A stretch of 64,000 bases of DNA, taken from positions 12,497 to 76,496 of the forward strand of contig CAMCHJ010000003.1 in assembly GCA_945874665.1 (NCBI GenBank), in the 5' to 3' direction. Source of the DNA: Chitinophaga pinensis (GTDB taxonomy: Bacteria > Bacteroidota > Bacteroidia > UBA7662). The notes below the pieces were generated by a model. That model was not told where the DNA came from. It was given only the letters and a program-made list of their open reading frames with translations, and did no database searches. A program made the translations under genes and the position numbers. This document shows, piece by piece, positions 59,113 through 64,000 of this stretch; position 1 is the first letter of the stretch; each line of letters begins with the position of its first letter.

Positions 59113-60456
59113 TCAAATCCCGGTATAGTTCCAAGGACTAATATCGTGTAATTCTGCTTTCACACCAAACGACACGTCTAAGCCCTCTATAAAGGCATAA
59201 ATGCTCTCGGCAGTAATGGTTGAATTGGTACGGGTTAACTCCTTTAATGCTTCATAGGGCTTTTCGTAGCCTTCTCTACGTAAGATGGTTTGTATGGCTT
59301 CAGCAACTACTGCCCAGTTGGCATCTAAATCGGCACGAATTGATTTTTCATCGACCAATAGCTTTTTTAAGCCTTTGGTAGTGGAGGTATAGGCAATAAG
59401 GGTATGTGCAAAGGGTACGCCTAAATTGCGCAAAACGGTGCTGTCGGTGAGATCACGCTGCAAACGGGAAACGGGCAACTTCGCGGATAAATGCTCCAAA
59501 AGCGCATTGGCCATGCCTAAATTGCCTTCTGCATTTTCAAAGTCGATTGGATTTACTTTGTGTGGCATGGCCGAACTACCCACTTCGCCTGCTTTGATTT
59601 GCTGGCGAAAGTAATTCATAGAGATGTAGGTCCAGAAGTCGCGACAAAGGTCTAAAAGGATGTTATTGATACGCTTTTGGGCATCTAAAAGTGCAGCCAA
59701 ATAGTCGTAATGTTCAATTTGGGTGGTGAATTGATAACGGTGAAGTCCCAGTGTTTGAGAAACAAACTGATTACCGAACTGCTGCCAGTCGATGTTTGGA
59801 AATGCCACGTGATGGGCATTAAAATTACCGGTAGCACCTCCAAATTTCGCGGCTATTGGTACATTTTGCAGCATTTCTGCTTGGTTTTGTAAACGCTCCA
59901 CAAAAACGCGAATCTCCTTACCAAGGCGTGTTGGAGAAGCGGGTTGCCCGTGTGTGTGTGCAAGCATGGGAATGTGTTCCCAGCTAGTTGCTAACTCATC
60001 TAATTCTCCAATAAGCGCATGCAGTTGTGGAAGTAGATTTTCTTCCAAAGCATGCTTCAAAGAAAGTGGTACCGCTGTGTTGTTGATGTCTTGCGAGGTG
60101 AGTCCAAAATGGATAAACTCGCTGTACTTCTCTAATCCTAAGCTGATAAATTTCTCCTTTAAGAAATATTCAACGGCCTTTACATCGTGATTAGTCGTTT
60201 TTTCTATGTTTTTAATTGCCAAGGCATCAGCCTCTGTAAACGTTTCATACCAAGACCTTAAAACTGGGAAGTGCTTGGTTTCGAAAGCACTTAATTGAGG
60301 GAGGGGTATGGCACATAAGGCAATGAAATACTCTACTTCTATCCAAACCCGGTAACGGATGAGGGCAAATTCTGAAAACCAAGTGCTTAAGGGTGCGGTC
60401 ACACGGTTATATCGTCCGTCAACGGGTGAAATGGCAGTGAGTGAAGTGAGGTTCAT
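59113..60456 (-). CDS. purB: adenylosuccinate lyase
   Basis: AISPVDGRY, TNHDVKAVEY, SSAMPHKVNPIDFEN. Confidence 0.97.
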   Translation of the reverse strand: MNLTSLTAISPVDGRYNRVTAPLSTWFSEFALIRYRVWIEVEYFIALCAIPLPQLSAFETKHFPVLRSWYETFTEADALAIKNIEKTTNHDVKAVEYFLKEKFISLGLEKYSEFIHFGLTSQDINNTAVPLSLKHALEENLLPQLHALIGELDELATSWEHIPMLAHTHGQPASPTRLGKEIRVFVERLQNQAEMLQNVPIAAKFGGATGNFNAHHVAFPNIDWQQFGNQFVSQTLGLHRYQFTTQIEHYDYLAALLDAQKRINNILLDLCRDFWTYISMNYFRQQIKAGEVGSSAMPHKVNPIDFENAEGNLGMANALLEHLSAKLPVSRLQRDLTDSTVLRNLGVPFAHTLIAYTSTTKGLKKLLVDEKSIRADLDANWAVVAEAIQTILRREGYEKPYEALKELTRTNSTITAESIYAFIEGLDVSFGVKAELHDISPWNYTGI

Positions 60457-60515
60457 ATATAAGTAATAGTTGAGAACACTTTTTAGCGGATATTTGCAGT
60501 TATCATATTGCAGTG

Positions 60516-60523
60516 CAAAATTA
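60516..60523 (-). promoter_or_regulatory. -7 promoter box for the purB operon
   Basis: TAATTTTGCA on the minus strand. Confidence 0.6.
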
Positions 60524-60537
60524 GTAAAGCGCGTTGA

Positions 60538-61155
60538 ATGAAGCTTTTAAAAACCACTTTAATCGTTATTTGTATGCTAGTCGCTCAGCGCATTCATGCG
60601 CAAGTGCTTGTTATACAGCCTACTAAAGGGGAGTTTCCGGCTTATATTGATGCCAATGGAGACACCATAGCTGTGGTTTTTTTGCCTTCAATCACTATTT
60701 CAAGCAAGCGTGTTTTTAAAACTAAACGTGATCAGAATCGGTATAACAAGCTGTATTACAACGTTTTAAAGGCGTATCCGTTGGCAAAGGTGGCGGGAAA
60801 GAGGTTACAGGAGTTAGAAGCAGCATTGCCGAGCATTCCTGAGCACAAGCGACAAAAACACATCAAAGGGGTAGAGGAAGACTTAAAGAAAAAGTACAAA
60901 CAAGATTTGTTGAATTTAACGGTAAGTCAGGGCAAAATACTCATTAAACTTATTGATCGTGAAACCAGCAGAACCGGTTATGAAGTAATCAAGGAGTTCA
61001 GAGGCGGTTTTCAGGCCTTTATGTGGCAGAGTTTGGCAGGATTGTTCGGCACCAATTTGAAAACAGGTTATGATGACCAAGAGGATCGAGACATAGAGCT
61101 CATTTTGCAAGACATAGAAGGAGATCGTTACCAGCCGCCTTACAAGTACCGTTAA
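60538..61155 (+). CDS. DUF4294-family exported protein
   Basis: Signal peptide, GDTI, YNV.KAYPLAK, LT.SQGKILIKLIDRET, WQ.LA.LFG.NLK. Confidence 0.85.
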   Translation: MKLLKTTLIVICMLVAQRIHAQVLVIQPTKGEFPAYIDANGDTIAVVFLPSITISSKRVFKTKRDQNRYNKLYYNVLKAYPLAKVAGKRLQELEAALPSIPEHKRQKHIKGVEEDLKKKYKQDLLNLTVSQGKILIKLIDRETSRTGYEVIKEFRGGFQAFMWQSLAGLFGTNLKTGYDDQEDRDIELILQDIEGDRYQPPYKYR

Positions 61156-61187
61156 GGTTGTTTACTATGTATTTCAGACCCTAATTG

Positions 61188-61195
61188 TATATTTG
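61188..61195 (+). promoter_or_regulatory. -7 promoter box for bshB1 (possibly leaderless)
   Basis: TATATTTG-CAC-ATG. Confidence 0.62.
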
Positions 61196-61198
61196 CAC

Positions 61199-61918
61199 AT
61201 GTTGAAGTTAGATGTATTGGCCTTTGCGGCGCACCCTGATGATGTGGAATTGAGTTGCAGTGGCACCCTCATCAGGCACATTCAAGCGGGAAAACGCATT
61301 GGTATTGTTGACTTGACAGCAGGTGAATTGGGATCTAGAGGCAGTGCAGACTTACGCAGGGAAGAGGCAGCGGCAGCATCTCAAATCATGGGCATTCATT
61401 ATCGTAATAATTTGGGGATGCGCGATGGTTTTTTCACCATAGATGAAGCCCATCAACGCTTGATCATTCAACAAATACGCCATGCCCGTCCTGATATTGT
61501 ACTTGCCAATGCTGTGAACGACCGGCATATTGACCATGGCCGTGCTGCGAAACTAGTAGCTGAAGCCGCCTTTTTAAGTGGCTTGTCGAAAATTGAAACC
61601 GACTATGAAGGTGCTGCTCAGCAAGCTTGGCGGCCAAGAGTTGTTTATCATTATATACAGGACCGGTATATCAAACCAGACTTCGTTGTAGATATAACCG
61701 AACAGTTTGATCTGAAATTAGCGGCCATTAAAGCTTTCAGTTCGCAGTTTTATGACCCCAATAGCAGCGAGCCGATGACGCCGATTTCCCGCCCCGACTT
61801 CTTAGATTTTATTGAGGCGCGTGCCAGGGAAATGGGGCGATTGGTGCCGGTAACGTATGGTGAAGGCTTTACCGTTGAAAGGGCCTTGGGTGTTACAGAC
61901 TTGACTCAACTCATGTAA
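61199..61918 (+). CDS. bshB1: bacillithiol biosynthesis deacetylase (PIG-L family)
   Basis: KLDVLAFAAHPDDVEL.CSGT, DLT.GELGSRG, DRH.DH, WRP..VYHYIQ, SQFYDP. Confidence 0.9.
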   Translation: MLKLDVLAFAAHPDDVELSCSGTLIRHIQAGKRIGIVDLTAGELGSRGSADLRREEAAAASQIMGIHYRNNLGMRDGFFTIDEAHQRLIIQQIRHARPDIVLANAVNDRHIDHGRAAKLVAEAAFLSGLSKIETDYEGAAQQAWRPRVVYHYIQDRYIKPDFVVDITEQFDLKLAAIKAFSSQFYDPNSSEPMTPISRPDFLDFIEARAREMGRLVPVTYGEGFTVERALGVTDLTQLM

Positions 61919-61933
61919 ACGCAACCCTAGTGG

Positions 61934-63226
61934 TTAGCTTACCTTTTCTCCTATCTCCTCCATCTCGCCCTGCTCAAGAGTAATCAGGGTAACCTCGGGT
62001 AAAATACCAACCCTGCCAGGGTAGCCAATAAAACCGAAACCTCGGTTTACGTACAAAAATTGCTTCCCGAATTTGTATAAGCCTGCCCAATAGGGGTACA
62101 CCCAGGAGCTCGGACTCCATTTGATATAGCCGGGAATTTCCACTCCGAATTGCATGCCATGCGTATGTCCCGAAAGGGTAAGGTCAATATCGGGTTGGCG
62201 CTGGTTTACTTCTGCTTCAAAATGAGACGGGTCGTGACTCAGTAATATTTTAAAAGGAGCGGTTTCAGTCCCCAAAACGGCTTGTTGCAACTTACCATAC
62301 TGTGCAAATCGGCCCTTTTTTCCCCAGTTTTCAACTCCAATGACCGCAATTTGGGCACCATCTTTTTCTAAAAGTACATTTTCGTTCAACAACAACCGCC
62401 AGCCTAGGCTTTTGTGTGTTTCGAACATGTGCTGCATGTTGTTGGCTTTGTCAGATTCGTTTGGCCATTTTGTGTAATCGCCATAATCATGATTCCCCAA
62501 GATGCTGAAAATCCCTTTTTTTGCTTTTAGCTGGCTAAGATGCCCCATCCAAGCATTCACCTCTTCAGTTCGGTTATTCACTAAATCGCCAGTAAAAAAA
62601 ATATAATCGGGCTGTTGTGCATTCACCAAGTCAATACCGCGTTGTACGGCACTGTAGGAGGCAAAGGAGCCTACATGAATATCGCTCAACTGAACAATGG
62701 TGGTGCCATGAAAAGCTGCTGGAAGATTTGGAAAACGCAATTTGACCTTGCGCAATTGGTAATTGTAGGCACCTTTGATCATGCCATAACCGAGACTTAA
62801 AAAGGGCAATGCGGCTGTAATGATGGCTGCACGACTGATGAACTCGGAGCGGGTTAGTCCCTGTTTTGCAGCGGCATCAATAGGTTTTACTTCATGCGTC
62901 AGAATGCCTGTTTTTTGCAAACACCAATGAAAAAATGCCAATAAATCATCCAAAAAAAGAAAGGGTAAGGCAGCCAATTTAGAAAAGAACAACAACCCAA
63001 ATCCTCCAATGATAAAGTTGCGTGCAGCCGGATTGGCTAAATCATAGCCATAGATGTTTAAACCAAAAACGCCAGTGTATGCCAGCAAATTCAAAATCCA
63101 AAAGACCTGTTTGCTGATTTTTGGTGGCTTTTTGTGTTTACGATATCGGAATATTAAGCGGTATGCATACAGGTCAATGAGCAGTGCAATGGCCAAAAAA
63201 ATCAATACAAGAGGAGCTGAGCGCAT
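61934..63226 (-). CDS. membrane-anchored metallophosphoesterase (YkuE-like)
   Basis: N-terminal TM segments, SDIH, TGDLVN, GNHDY, LSHDP, SGHTHG.Q, YVNRG. Confidence 0.9.
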   Translation of the reverse strand: MRSAPLVLIFLAIALLIDLYAYRLIFRYRKHKKPPKISKQVFWILNLLAYTGVFGLNIYGYDLANPAARNFIIGGFGLLFFSKLAALPFLFLDDLLAFFHWCLQKTGILTHEVKPIDAAAKQGLTRSEFISRAAIITAALPFLSLGYGMIKGAYNYQLRKVKLRFPNLPAAFHGTTIVQLSDIHVGSFASYSAVQRGIDLVNAQQPDYIFFTGDLVNNRTEEVNAWMGHLSQLKAKKGIFSILGNHDYGDYTKWPNESDKANNMQHMFETHKSLGWRLLLNENVLLEKDGAQIAVIGVENWGKKGRFAQYGKLQQAVLGTETAPFKILLSHDPSHFEAEVNQRQPDIDLTLSGHTHGMQFGVEIPGYIKWSPSSWVYPYWAGLYKFGKQFLYVNRGFGFIGYPGRVGILPEVTLITLEQGEMEEIGEKVS

Positions 63227-63298
63227 TTAAAAAACGGAAAATATGGGTAACAAAATTGCAGTTAAATATTCATTTGAGGTGTTAAATCCTCCTAAATA

Positions 63299-63850
63299 CT
63301 ACAACCGCAAACCAAGGCCCAAAGTGCCAAAACCCTTATGGCCGATACCAACTTCAAATCGTCCAAACCAATTGCCGTTGCCGTAAGTAACCGAAAGTGG
63401 AATAAACTGAAAGGCAGGTCGACGGTATAGCGAAATTAAATTCGAATTGTTTTCATTAGCAGTGATTGTTTCTCCAAAACGATAGCCCACAGCCATTTGG
63501 GAGCTCACCTGATACTTCTTTTGATTCACCCAATAAAGATCAAAGTGCGGTAGGATTCCGAAAAATCGGTGTGATCGTTTTTCTTCCCAAACATCTTGGT
63601 CTAGCGACCGGCTAAATGCCGAAATGCCTACCCCAAGTCTATTTTTACTGATTCGATATTCAAAAAGGCCTACCCCCGGAACTCCGCTAATGCTTCGACT
63701 ATTTCCAAAAAAAATCGGTAATTTCTCTATGTAGCTCATATCCAACAGGCCAACGCTAACAAAAAATTGTTGTTTAATTTCTTGGTCTTGGGCGTTTGAA
63801 ACATGACCCATCGTTAAGCATACAACAAGTAGTAATATTCGTATTTTCAT
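63299..63850 (-). CDS. hypothetical exported protein, probable small outer-membrane beta-barrel
   Basis: Signal peptide ending SNA-Q, alternating beta-strand pattern, C-terminal FGRFEVGIGHKGFGTLGLGLRL. Confidence 0.7.
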   Translation of the reverse strand: MKIRILLLVVCLTMGHVSNAQDQEIKQQFFVSVGLLDMSYIEKLPIFFGNSRSISGVPGVGLFEYRISKNRLGVGISAFSRSLDQDVWEEKRSHRFFGILPHFDLYWVNQKKYQVSSQMAVGYRFGETITANENNSNLISLYRRPAFQFIPLSVTYGNGNWFGRFEVGIGHKGFGTLGLGLRL

Positions 63851-63863
63851 GTTTTCATTTTTT

Positions 63864-64000
63864 ATGACAAAATATAAAGTTATCGGAAGCGGTCTGCTTT
63901 TTTGTTTGCTGACAAATTTTTCATTTGCTCAGACTTTTACCCGTGCCGACAGCTTGCGAGGTGAAATTACGTCCTTACGTGCTTGTTTCGATGTTTTAAA
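63864..64000 (+). CDS. 5' part of a probable M1-family aminopeptidase (runs off the window)
   Basis: MTKYKVIGSGLLFCLLTNFSFA-QTFTRADSLRGEITSLRACFDVL: signal peptide plus an FTRAD.LRG....R...DV N-terminus I recognise from Bacteroidota M1 peptidases; the catalytic motif lies outside the window. Confidence 0.6.
   Translation, partial: MTKYKVIGSGLLFCLLTNFSFAQTFTRADSLRGEITSLRACFDVL

Noticed and set aside
1-64000. tRNA, rRNA, prophage, insertion sequence or genomic island
   Set aside because: No such sequence, integrase, transposase or terminal repeat was recognised; intergenic gaps are short and the genes are predominantly housekeeping

Overview
A gene-dense, mostly core-genome window from a member of the Bacteroidota. 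The assignment rests on the short primary sigma factor lacking region 1.1, repeated TAnnTTTG (-7) and TTTG (-33) promoter boxes, a fused E1 alpha/beta dehydrogenase, a protease with a T9SS-type C-terminal domain, and Bacteroidota-typical DUFs. About 63 protein genes are supported, covering translation, cofactor, nucleotide, sugar and amino-acid metabolism and the envelope. I found no rRNA, tRNA, CRISPR array, integrase, transposase or prophage. The best leads are: (1) an unannotated, monocistronic, very basic 43-aa protein gene with its own canonical promoter and terminator, missed by the ORF track and possibly an undescribed ribosomal or RNA-binding protein; (2) a translationally coupled rfaD, orphan 1232-aa multi-TM histidine kinase and 1156-aa outer-membrane barrel, the barrel carrying motifs that resemble the T9SS translocon SprA; (3) -7 promoter boxes repeatedly placed 3-4 nt before start codons, suggesting leaderless mRNAs; (4) a purB-DUF5522-degenerate HNH-like operon with a possible 7-codon uORF; (5) a candidate structured sRNA; (6) overlapping divergent promoters between arginine decarboxylase and arginase/argS. 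prfB carries the classic +1 frameshift. All family calls come from motif recognition by eye; no searches were run.
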